Positions 45,469 through 54,049 of a stretch of DNA of 64,000 nucleotides are shown piece by piece. Position 1 is the stretch's first letter, and each line of letters begins with the position of its first letter. Source of the stretch: an uncultured Candidatus Saccharibacteria bacterium (GTDB taxonomy: Bacteria; Patescibacteriota; Saccharimonadia; Saccharimonadales; CAZJQT01); the NCBI GenBank assembly GCA_964604415.1, contig CAZRYT010000002.1, positions 4,059 to 68,058 on the forward strand. The letters run 5' to 3'. The notes under the pieces are model-generated. The model was given only the letters and a program-made list of their open reading frames with translations. It had not been told where the DNA came from and did no database searches. Made by a program: the position numbers and the translations under genes.

Positions 45469-46347
45469 ATGCCGGAGCTACCAGAAGTCGAAACCGTTAA
45501 ACGCGGGCTAAGTCAGTTCTTGCCTGGCAAAAAGATTGTTGGCGTTACGCACGATTGGCCCAAGTCCTTTCCGAACGCTGAAGCCGACGTAAAAAAGTTT
45601 CTAATTGGCGCTAAGGTTAAAGAGGTAAAACGGCGCGCCAAAGTGTTAATAATTGACTTGGATAATGCCTACAGTCTGGTAATCCACCTGAAAATGACCG
45701 GCCAGTTGGTATTCCGCAAGAATGATGACAGTCTTAGGTTTGGCGCCGGGCATCCAAATGATAGCCTGATAGGCAAACTGCCAGATAAATCTACCCGCGT
45801 AACCTTTGACTTGGGTGATAGCAAGCTTTTCTTTAACGACCAGCGTAAGTTTGGTTGGGTGAGGCTACTACCAACCATAGAAGTGCCCAACATTGACTTT
45901 ATGAAGCGGGTAGGACCAGAACCTTTAGATGCTAAATTTACCGCCGAACAATTCCGGGAACGCATCAAAAGGCGAATGAATACTAGCATTAAAGCTGCGC
46001 TTTTAGACCAGTCAGTTATAGCTGGCGTAGGCAATATATATGCCGATGAGTCACTATGGGGAGCCAAAATTTATCCCGGAAAACAGGTTAAAAACCTAAG
46101 CACTAGCAAATTGAACACATTATTTGAACAACTTCAGTATGTTTTAAACCTAGCCATAGAAAAAGGTGGCAGCACCGACCGCAATTATGTCAATGCTGAA
46201 GGCAAGCGTGGTAGCTACATGGACTTTGCCCGTGTATTTAGGCTCGATGGCCAGCCATGTCCATGTTGCGGCACGACTATCCAAAAAACTCGGGTTGCTG
46301 GCCGTGGCACGCACTTTTGCCCTAAGTGCCAGAAGGTGAGTTTATGA
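45469..46347 (+). CDS. mutM: formamidopyrimidine-DNA glycosylase
   Basis: MPELPEVETV N-terminus (catalytic Pro2) and a C-terminal zinc finger CPCCG...FCPKC. Confidence 0.93.
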   Translation: MPELPEVETVKRGLSQFLPGKKIVGVTHDWPKSFPNAEADVKKFLIGAKVKEVKRRAKVLIIDLDNAYSLVIHLKMTGQLVFRKNDDSLRFGAGHPNDSLIGKLPDKSTRVTFDLGDSKLFFNDQRKFGWVRLLPTIEVPNIDFMKRVGPEPLDAKFTAEQFRERIKRRMNTSIKAALLDQSVIAGVGNIYADESLWGAKIYPGKQVKNLSTSKLNTLFEQLQYVLNLAIEKGGSTDRNYVNAEGKRGSYMDFARVFRLDGQPCPCCGTTIQKTRVAGRGTHFCPKCQKVSL

Positions 46348-46649
46348 AAAAGGCTTCTATCAAAGATCTACAAGAGGAGATACTGGCCTTAGCTAAAAAC
46401 AAAGGCTTTCCACTTAAGCCTAGCGACCAAGCGTTTTTAATCAAGCGTATTTTATCAGAGGTAGAAGAGCTGCAAGACGAAGAGAAGCCAGAAAAAATAG
46501 CTGAAGAAGCCATAGATATTCTGGTTCAATCAGTTCAACTGGTTTTGGCACTTGGTTTAGATCCAAATGAGATTTACAGACAGAAAATGGACAAAAACTG
46601 GCACAGGAAATGGCAGCGTAGAGACGATGGGGAGTTCAGATCATCATGA
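46344..46649 (+). CDS. MazG-like nucleotide pyrophosphohydrolase domain protein
   Basis: ATGA overlap with mutM. EVEELQDEE...EEAIDIL acidic helix pair. Confidence 0.55.
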   Translation: MKKASIKDLQEEILALAKNKGFPLKPSDQAFLIKRILSEVEELQDEEKPEKIAEEAIDILVQSVQLVLALGLDPNEIYRQKMDKNWHRKWQRRDDGEFRSS

Positions 46650-47566
46650 TAACCACACTTACTGGCGAAAATTCTTTTGCTTTGAAGGCTGAATTACATC
46701 AACGTGTTAAAGATTTTGTGTCCAAACAGGGTGACATGGCACTAGAAAAACTAGATGGTGAAGAGGTTGAATTTGAGCGTATAACAGAGGCATTGCAGAG
46801 TCTACCATTCCTAGCTAGTCAGAAATTAGTCGTTCTACATACTCCAGGTGCCAACAAAAAATTTACCGAAGAGTTTGAAAAACTGTTGCCAACTATCAGT
46901 GAAACTACAGATGTAATTATGGTTGAACCCAAGCTGGATAAACGTACCCAATACTATAAAACACTCAAGGCCAAAACTGACTTTAAGGAATTTAACGAAC
47001 TCGACGAAAATAGTTTGGCCAGATGGCTGGTTGATGAAGCAAAAAGACAAAATGCTGAGCTGAGTTCAACTGATGCGCGCTACTTAATAAGCAGAGTAGG
47101 TACCAACCAACAAATGCTAGCAAACGAGCTAAAAAAACTTCTGACCTATGAGCCTAAAATCAGCCGGGGTAGCATTGATTTATTAACCGAACCAACCCCG
47201 CAAAGTAGTATTTTTAATCTGTTAGATGCGGCTCTGGCAGGTCAGACCAAGCAAATGTTAAAACTCTACGAGCAGCAAAGAGCGCAGAAGGTTGAACCGC
47301 AACAAATTATTGCCATGCTGACTTGGCAGCTGCACGTTTTGGCAGTTATCAAAACTGCTGAAGGTAAAAGTGACAGCGAAATTGCCCGCGATGCCAAACT
47401 CAATCCTTACGTGATTGGTAAAAGCAGAGCAATCGCCAAGGAATTAACTTTTGGCCAGCTCAAAACTCTAGTCAGCAATCTCGTCAAACTAGAACAAGAC
47501 CTCAAATCTATCTCAATAGACGCCGACGACGCCCTTCAAGCTTACTTGCTTGGAGTAACGGAATAA
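46646..47566 (+). CDS. holA: DNA polymerase III delta subunit
   Basis: Length and pattern match HolA (LTGENSFALKAEL, LANELKKL). ATGA overlap. Confidence 0.75.
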   Translation: MITTLTGENSFALKAELHQRVKDFVSKQGDMALEKLDGEEVEFERITEALQSLPFLASQKLVVLHTPGANKKFTEEFEKLLPTISETTDVIMVEPKLDKRTQYYKTLKAKTDFKEFNELDENSLARWLVDEAKRQNAELSSTDARYLISRVGTNQQMLANELKKLLTYEPKISRGSIDLLTEPTPQSSIFNLLDAALAGQTKQMLKLYEQQRAQKVEPQQIIAMLTWQLHVLAVIKTAEGKSDSEIARDAKLNPYVIGKSRAIAKELTFGQLKTLVSNLVKLEQDLKSISIDADDALQAYLLGVTE

Positions 47567-47941
47567 CTATTTCTTTTTAGTTGTAGGCTTTTTGGCAGGG
47601 GATTTCTTGGCGACAGGCTTTTTGGCGACTGGTTTCTTTGCGGCAGGCTTGGTAACGACTTTTTTGGCTGAACCAACGGTTTTAACACCGGCGGTTTTAG
47701 CTTTGGCGGCTAGTTGTTTCTTGATACGGGCGGCTTTATTGGCGTGAATAATACCTTTTTTAACGGCAGTATCTAGCGCGCTCTGGGCTTTGGCGTGGCT
47801 GTCACCCGCAGATTTTTTGCTAGCAAGATCAGCCTGAAAAGTTTTCAGAGCAGCTTTAAGCGTTCGCTTGGTCTTAGCATTGCGCAGGGTTGCTTTCTTG
47901 GCAGTACGGACACGCTTTTTGGCGGATTTGATAATGGGCAC
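47567..47941 (-). CDS. rpsT: 30S ribosomal protein S20 with Lys/Ala/Pro-rich C-terminal extension
   Basis: GTG start after AAGGAG. PIIKSAKKRVRTAKKATLRNAKTKR. Tail is KPAAKKPVAKKPVAKKSPAKKPTTKKK. Confidence 0.9.
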   Translation of the reverse strand: MPIIKSAKKRVRTAKKATLRNAKTKRTLKAALKTFQADLASKKSAGDSHAKAQSALDTAVKKGIIHANKAARIKKQLAAKAKTAGVKTVGSAKKVVTKPAAKKPVAKKPVAKKSPAKKPTTKKK

Positions 47942-48078
47942 TAGGACTCCTTAAAAATTAACGATAAATTTACAGTCGAAGCTAGACTATAGCAACAGAG
48001 GCGAGATTTGTAAAGCAAAACCATGGACATTGCTTGTGCTTTATGGTACGATTCGATCAGTTAGGATCAAATACAAAA

Positions 48079-49671
48079 ATGGATACTCAAAAAGCTCAAG
48101 TTGTTGATTGGCTAAAGTCTGCCAACAACGTTTTGGTGACTGTTAGCGCCAACCCCTCAGTTGACCAATTATCAGCCGCCATTGGCTTGACGTTACTTCT
48201 AAACAAAATGGGCAAACATGCCACAGCCGTTTTCAGTGGTCAGACCCCGTCAACTATTGAGTTCCTGCAACCTGAGAAAACCCTAGAAAAAAACACCGAC
48301 AGTCTGCGTGATTTTATAATTGCGCTCGATAAATCCAAGGCTGATAAGCTGCGTTATAAGGTTGAAGACCAAATGGTTAAAATCTTTATAACTCCTTACA
48401 GAACTTCGTTGAGTGATAAAGATTTGGAATTCAGCCAAGGTGATTTCAACGTTGATGTTGTGATGGCCTTGGGTGTCAAAGAACAAACTGATCTAGATAA
48501 AGCCATAATTGCGCATGGACGCATACTGCACGATGCTAAAGTAGTTGGCGTCAGTAATAATCCGGCTCAACAACTAGGTAATGTTAATTTGATAGATACC
48601 AGAGCTAGCAGCTTATGTGAGATCTTGGCGGCACTAGGTGTCAGCCTGCAACCTGATATTTTGGATGCCCAGATTGCAACTGCTTTTTTGACAGGTATCG
48701 TGGCCGAAACCGACCGCTTCAGCAACCAAAAAACCAGTTCTGAAACCATGCAAATGAGCTCGAAGCTAATGACTGCTGGTGCCAACCAACAATTAGTGGC
48801 TAAACAATTAAAACCTACGGAAGAAAAAGTCGAGCTATTAAAAGAAGTGCCAGACAAAAAGATTGATAGTAAAGACGATAAAGGCGCTCTAGAAATCGAG
48901 CACAATGAGCCGGCTCCTAAGGAAACCGTAACTGAGCTACCTGAGCCGCAACCTGAGCCACCAGAAATTGAACAGATTCATATTAGTGAGGATGGCCAAA
49001 TTGAGCCACCAGCCCCAGAAGATAAAACTACCGAAAAATCCAGGTTTATTTTAGAGCCACCAACGCTTGGCGGCCGGTTAACTGCCAATAGCGAGCCGGA
49101 AGCACTAGATCCAAGCACCGACCCGTTAGGTGCTAAAACCAAAGAAACACCAATCCTAACTCACACTGAAAAAGGTGAGAACAAAACTAACAACCCGCCA
49201 AAAACTGAGCCAGCTAAACCACAGCCGAGCAAGACATTAACCCAGCTCGAGAAGGAAACTGACAGTCCGCACCTTGATCAACCTGCCACGAATGACAATA
49301 AAGCCGATCTTGACAGTGCTCGGCAAGCAGTTGAAGCAGCAGCACCGCCAACTATAAAACCACCAGAATCTCTGGGTTCTCAGTATATTGATATCGATCC
49401 TAAGCCTACTCCAGCTAATCCAAGTCCTCCGCCAACGCCAACCGAAAACGTTACATCAGATCCTGGTCTGCCTCCAGGTTTGTCGCCGAACAGGCCTGAT
49501 TTGCCGCCACCGAGTCCGTTTGGCACCAGCAGCCCATCAGTAGTGCCCCCACCTCCAGTGCCCCCACCGATGATGCCTCCACCAGTCAATCCTAGTATGA
49601 GTTCAGGCCAACAACCGTTGCCAAACGCCGAAAACGACAACGACGCCCAAGAACCACCCGTTGCGCTTTAG
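48079..49671 (+). CDS. DHH/NrnA-like domain with substituted catalytic residues, fused to a long Pro-rich disordered C-terminal region
   Basis: VLVTVSANPSVDQLSAAIGL occupies the position of the H-x-x-PDGDA-x-GS motif. The C-terminal 250 aa or so are rich in P, E, T and K. Confidence 0.55.
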   Translation: MDTQKAQVVDWLKSANNVLVTVSANPSVDQLSAAIGLTLLLNKMGKHATAVFSGQTPSTIEFLQPEKTLEKNTDSLRDFIIALDKSKADKLRYKVEDQMVKIFITPYRTSLSDKDLEFSQGDFNVDVVMALGVKEQTDLDKAIIAHGRILHDAKVVGVSNNPAQQLGNVNLIDTRASSLCEILAALGVSLQPDILDAQIATAFLTGIVAETDRFSNQKTSSETMQMSSKLMTAGANQQLVAKQLKPTEEKVELLKEVPDKKIDSKDDKGALEIEHNEPAPKETVTELPEPQPEPPEIEQIHISEDGQIEPPAPEDKTTEKSRFILEPPTLGGRLTANSEPEALDPSTDPLGAKTKETPILTHTEKGENKTNNPPKTEPAKPQPSKTLTQLEKETDSPHLDQPATNDNKADLDSARQAVEAAAPPTIKPPESLGSQYIDIDPKPTPANPSPPPTPTENVTSDPGLPPGLSPNRPDLPPPSPFGTSSPSVVPPPPVPPPMMPPPVNPSMSSGQQPLPNAENDNDAQEPPVAL

Positions 49672-49688
49672 CAGTTATACTGTAGGCC

Positions 49689-50387
49689 ATGGATGGCTTA
49701 CTACTAGTTGACAAACCTTCTGGCTGGACTAGTTTTGATGTGGTAGCCAAGGTTCGTGGCATGCTAAAACAAACTGGCATCGCCAAACCAAAAGTGGGGC
49801 ATACGGGTACGTTAGATCCGCTAGCTACCGGTTTATTGGTTTTAGTAGTTGGCAAATACACCAAGCGCGCTCAAGAATTCTCCAAATTGGATAAAACCTA
49901 CCAAGTAACTATGAAACTTGGCCAAACCAGTACCACAGGCGACGAAGAAGGTGAAAAGGCCAAAATATCCGACAATAAACCGACCCAAAAGGAGCTAGAA
50001 GAAGTTCTCAAACAGTTCACCGGCCAGATCGAGCAAGTACCACCGGCCTTCTCGGCTATAAAAATTGGTGGCCAACGGGCCTATAAACTGGCAAGGGCAG
50101 GACAGAAGGTGGAGCTTGAAGCCCGTAAGTTAGAGATTCACAAGATTGATCTAGAGAAATATGACTACCCAGAGGTACAGTTTACGGCCAAGGTATCATC
50201 AGGAACCTACGTCCGTTCATTGGTGGCTGATATCGGTGAAAAACTTGGGACTGGCGCATACATGACAGGGTTGAACCGCACCCAAGTTGGGCAATTTGAA
50301 TTAGAAAAAGCAGTTGATATAAGTAAAATTATGTGGGATAATATTGCCCAGCACATAATTCAAACAGATGACAAGTCTACCATTTAA
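49689..50387 (+). CDS. truB: tRNA pseudouridine(55) synthase
   Basis: GHTGTLDPLATGLLV catalytic motif. TATACT lies 7 nt upstream of the ATG. Confidence 0.92.
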   Translation: MDGLLLVDKPSGWTSFDVVAKVRGMLKQTGIAKPKVGHTGTLDPLATGLLVLVVGKYTKRAQEFSKLDKTYQVTMKLGQTSTTGDEEGEKAKISDNKPTQKELEEVLKQFTGQIEQVPPAFSAIKIGGQRAYKLARAGQKVELEARKLEIHKIDLEKYDYPEVQFTAKVSSGTYVRSLVADIGEKLGTGAYMTGLNRTQVGQFELEKAVDISKIMWDNIAQHIIQTDDKSTI

Positions 50388-50643
50388 TTCCGAATTTCCT
50401 GAACCCCACGATATCTACAAAGACTATATGCCCGTTATTGATGAGCTGCATTGGAAAGCGCGACACAAAGGGCATCTCGATATAGTTTTAGGTGTTAATG
50501 CCTTACATTTGTGTGTAACCGCATTCTTTGCAGCTGAGCAAAACTATTTGGCTACAGGTCTTTTTGCTGGTTTATTGGTGGCAGCCAATGGTATAGAAAG
50601 AGCTGCGCTACGTCAAAGCTATGAAGACCACAACCAAAAGTAA
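50368..50643 (+). CDS. small hypothetical membrane protein
   Basis: 91-aa ORF overlapping the truB 3' end by 20 nt, with two hydrophobic segments. Confidence 0.4.
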   Translation: MTSLPFNSEFPEPHDIYKDYMPVIDELHWKARHKGHLDIVLGVNALHLCVTAFFAAEQNYLATGLFAGLLVAANGIERAALRQSYEDHNQK

Positions 50644-50720
50644 CCTTGCATAACAGAGAAGAGTGTGCTAATATCATCCGTAACGCCATCAAAACTCTCG
50701 ATAATTTAATAAGGAACTGA

Positions 50721-50987
50721 ATGATTTCAACCCAGAAGAAACAAAAGATTGTTGCTGACCTGCAAAGTGACAAAAATGACACTGGTAGCCCTGCCGTTCA
50801 GGTTGGCATACTAACTGAACGCGTCAAAGAGTTAACTGCTCACTTGAAGACCAACAAGCATGATTTTATGGCCCGCCGCGGTCTGTTACAAGCTGTTGGC
50901 AAACGCAAGAAACTACTAAAGTATTTGGCCGAAAAAGACAGCAAAGCGTACTTAGAACTAGTCAAAAGTTTAGGTATTCGCAAGTAG
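50721..50987 (+). CDS. rpsO: 30S ribosomal protein S15
   Basis: DTGSPAVQVGILTERVKELTAHLKTNKHDFMARRGL. Confidence 0.95.
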   Translation: MISTQKKQKIVADLQSDKNDTGSPAVQVGILTERVKELTAHLKTNKHDFMARRGLLQAVGKRKKLLKYLAEKDSKAYLELVKSLGIRK

Positions 50988-50998
50988 GTTTTAGACAT

Positions 50999-51043
50999 TA
51001 GGCGCTTACCCAAGTGCCTACAATCTAGAATCTAAATTCTAGA
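50999..51043 (+). promoter_or_regulatory. two tandem hairpins between rpsO and pnp (rpsO terminator and/or pnp leader processing site)
   Basis: TAGGCGCTT-ACCC-AAGTGCCTA (9 bp including one G-T pair) at 50999..51020. TCTAGAAT-CTAA-ATTCTAGA (8 bp perfect) at 51024..51043. Confidence 0.55.
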
Positions 51044-51127
51044 GCACATCAATTAAGTGGTAGGTGATGGAGCACAGGTTTCCAATTATATGGACACTTG
51101 GACCTCATTACCTACAGAAAGGAACAA

Positions 51128-53260
51128 ATGAGTACTATAAACCCATTTGGAAAAGACATTATAAAAGTAGAAACAGAACTTTGCGGCCAGCCGCTAAGCC
51201 TGGAGATTAACCGCGTTGGTTTTAGGACAAGCGCTAGCGTAATTGCACGCTACGGCGAAACCGTAGTACTAGGCACAGCCATGGTCAGTGAAAAATCACT
51301 GCAAGGCTTTGACTACTTCCCATTATCAATTGATTATGAAGAGCGTTTTTACGCCGCTGGTAAAATCAGCGGTAGTAGATTTGTTAAGCGTGAAGGACGT
51401 CCCAGTGACGACGCCATTCTAATTGGTCGTTTGATCGACCGCCCAATCCGGCCGCTGTGGCCAAAGGGCTATCGTCATGAAGTACAGGGTGTAGCTACAG
51501 TCCTAAGTATGGATCCTAACTTCCGTCCTGATATGGTGGCCATGATTGCTATGAGTACAGCCTTTTGTCTGACTGGTGCGCCATTTGAAGGTCCGATTGC
51601 CGGTCTAAGAATCGGCCTAGTTGACGGCAAGCTAAAAGCTTTCGCCAGCGCTGAAGAACTGGATAGTGGCGACCTAGATCTAGTTGTAGCTGGCACCAAA
51701 GACGCCATCATGATGGTAGAAGCTGGCGCCAACGAAGTCTCGGAAGACTTAATAGCCGAGGCCCTGGAATTTGCTCACAAACAGATGCAACCAGCCATTA
51801 AATTGCAGGAAGAATTACTGGCTAAAGTCAAAGTTAAACCCATGGAATACGTAATTGATGCGCCGGATAGTGATATTCAGAGTCGAGTTGACACCTGGGT
51901 AGCTGGCAAACTTGGCATTGGTCTGCGTCAACCTTACCCAGAACGTAATGAACTAGTGCTCGAAATGCGTAAACAAATGCATACTCATTTTGCCGAAGAA
52001 ATTGGCGAAGAAGCCTACACTGAGCAAAGACAAGCTTATGATGATGCTCTTACGTACGCTCTACATAAAGACGTCCGCGAAGGCATAATTAAGGATGGTG
52101 TACGCCCTGATGGCCGCAAACTGGACGAAATCCGAACTCTTAGTTCTGAAGTGGGGATTCTACCCAGAGCTCATGGATCATCTCTGTTTACTCGTGGTAT
52201 GACCCAGGCTTTGAACATAGTCACTGTGGCACCGACTTCGTATGCGCAGCTGTTAGATACTATGGAGCGCAACGACGCCCAAAAGCGTTACATGCACCAC
52301 TACAATGCGCCAGGTTACACAGTTGGTGAAGTTCGCCGACTGGGCTCACCAGGGCGGCGTGAAATTGGCCACAGTGCCTTGGCCGAAAGAGCGTTACTGC
52401 CGGTTATTCCAGCTGAAGACGTCTTCCCATACGCTATCCGTTCAGTAACGGAAATCATGAGCCAAAATGGTAGCACCAGCATGGCCGCAACTTGTTCTAG
52501 CTGTTTGGCGCTAATGGACGCTGGTGTACCTATTAGCTCCCCAGTTAGCGGTATTGCTATGGGACTAATGCTGGATGGCGACAAAGCCTATATCCTGAGT
52601 GATATTGCTGATGCTGAAGACTTTGCCGGTGATATGGACTTCAAGGTAGCTGGCACAGCTAAAGGCATTACAGCCCTGCAAATGGACATGAAAGTTCATG
52701 GCCTGGACGCGAGTTTGCTAAAAAAAGCCCTAGTCCAAGGTAAAGAGGGCCGAGCTGAAATCCTCAAACATATGATTAGTGTGCTTGAAGCTCCTAGAAA
52801 AGAAATGAGCCCATACGCACCCCGCGTTGAGTCAATCAAGATTAATCCCGATAAAATTCGCGAAGTCATTGGTAAGGGCGGCGAAACCATCAATAAAATC
52901 ATTGCTGAAACTGGTGCTGAAATTGACATTAAAGATGACGGTACAGTCATGATTGCCAGTCCAGATAAAACTAGCATCGACGCTGCCACACAGTACATTC
53001 GTAACCTGACTGAGGACCCAGAAGTCGGTCATATCTACGAAAACGTGCCAGTTGTTACCGTTATGGATTTTGGCGCATTTGTACAAATCCTGCCTGGTAA
53101 AGACGGCTTGGTTCACGTTTCTGAGATGAGCGAAGAACGAGTTGAAAAGCCTAGCGACGTGGTCAAAGAAGGCGACCGTGTAACGGTAAAACTAGTGGCA
53201 ATCGATGATCGTGGCCGCTTGCAACTAAGCATGAAAGCAGCCGCAAGAGACAAGAAATAA
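51128..53260 (+). CDS. pnp: polynucleotide phosphorylase
   Basis: Two RNase PH domains followed by KH (GKGGETINKI) and S1 domains. AAAGGA SD. Confidence 0.96.
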   Translation: MSTINPFGKDIIKVETELCGQPLSLEINRVGFRTSASVIARYGETVVLGTAMVSEKSLQGFDYFPLSIDYEERFYAAGKISGSRFVKREGRPSDDAILIGRLIDRPIRPLWPKGYRHEVQGVATVLSMDPNFRPDMVAMIAMSTAFCLTGAPFEGPIAGLRIGLVDGKLKAFASAEELDSGDLDLVVAGTKDAIMMVEAGANEVSEDLIAEALEFAHKQMQPAIKLQEELLAKVKVKPMEYVIDAPDSDIQSRVDTWVAGKLGIGLRQPYPERNELVLEMRKQMHTHFAEEIGEEAYTEQRQAYDDALTYALHKDVREGIIKDGVRPDGRKLDEIRTLSSEVGILPRAHGSSLFTRGMTQALNIVTVAPTSYAQLLDTMERNDAQKRYMHHYNAPGYTVGEVRRLGSPGRREIGHSALAERALLPVIPAEDVFPYAIRSVTEIMSQNGSTSMAATCSSCLALMDAGVPISSPVSGIAMGLMLDGDKAYILSDIADAEDFAGDMDFKVAGTAKGITALQMDMKVHGLDASLLKKALVQGKEGRAEILKHMISVLEAPRKEMSPYAPRVESIKINPDKIREVIGKGGETINKIIAETGAEIDIKDDGTVMIASPDKTSIDAATQYIRNLTEDPEVGHIYENVPVVTVMDFGAFVQILPGKDGLVHVSEMSEERVEKPSDVVKEGDRVTVKLVAIDDRGRLQLSMKAAARDKK

Positions 53261-53261
53261 G

Positions 53262-53462
53262 ATGAAATCGCTAAAAGCCCCCGAACAATTTAAATCACCA
53301 ATTGCTACTGCCGTCATGGCCATTGTCGGTGTCGGACTAGCTTATCTGCTAGTAACCAGAGCATTGGATACTGGTAGTTGGTGGCAATATCTGGGCGCAG
53401 TACTGCTAATCGGACTCAGCATTCGCTTAAGTGCACACACTGTTACACATAGATCAAAATAA
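53262..53462 (+). CDS. small two-TM membrane protein
   Basis: 66-aa ORF starting 1 nt after the pnp stop. Confidence 0.5.
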   Translation: MKSLKAPEQFKSPIATAVMAIVGVGLAYLLVTRALDTGSWWQYLGAVLLIGLSIRLSAHTVTHRSK

Positions 53463-53463
53463 A

Positions 53464-54024
53464 ATGACTACTCAAAAACAACTAGATGACATCAAAGCCA
53501 AGATAATTGAGGACAAAGTTTGTCCAGACTTGGCCAAACAAGCAACTCAGCTAGTGTTTGGTGTTGGTAATCCAGACGCTGACATTGTTTTTATCGGTGA
53601 AGCACCGGGTAAAAACGAAGATATAAAAGGTGAGCCATTCGTGGGTGCGGCCGGCAAATTCCTAGACAAGATGCTGGAAATGATCAAACTCAAACGCTCA
53701 GATATCTACATAACTAACATCGTTAAATACCGGCCACCCAATAACCGCGACCCATTACCAGATGAAAAAGCCGCTTTTTTGCCATATTTAGAGACTCAGC
53801 TAGAAGTAATCAAGCCCAAACTGACCATAACGCTTGGTCGTCACAGCCTTAATTGCTTCTTGCCGGATCTTTCAATCAGCCAAGTTCACGGCCAACCGAA
53901 ACGTTATAAAGGCAGAGTTTTTTTGCCATTGTTTCACCCGGCGGCAGCGTTGTATAACGGTGCTATGAAGCAAACGCTCATAGACGACTTTGCTCGTATC
54001 CCATTAATTTTAGAAAAAATTTAA
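53464..54024 (+). CDS. uracil-DNA glycosylase, family 4
   Basis: [25 protein letters not shown] motif and HPAA near the C-terminus. Confidence 0.88.
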   Translation: MTTQKQLDDIKAKIIEDKVCPDLAKQATQLVFGVGNPDADIVFIGEAPGKNEDIKGEPFVGAAGKFLDKMLEMIKLKRSDIYITNIVKYRPPNNRDPLPDEKAAFLPYLETQLEVIKPKLTITLGRHSLNCFLPDLSISQVHGQPKRYKGRVFLPLFHPAAALYNGAMKQTLIDDFARIPLILEKI

Positions 54025-54049
54025 TTCGTTAATCTTAGAGAGGAAATAA

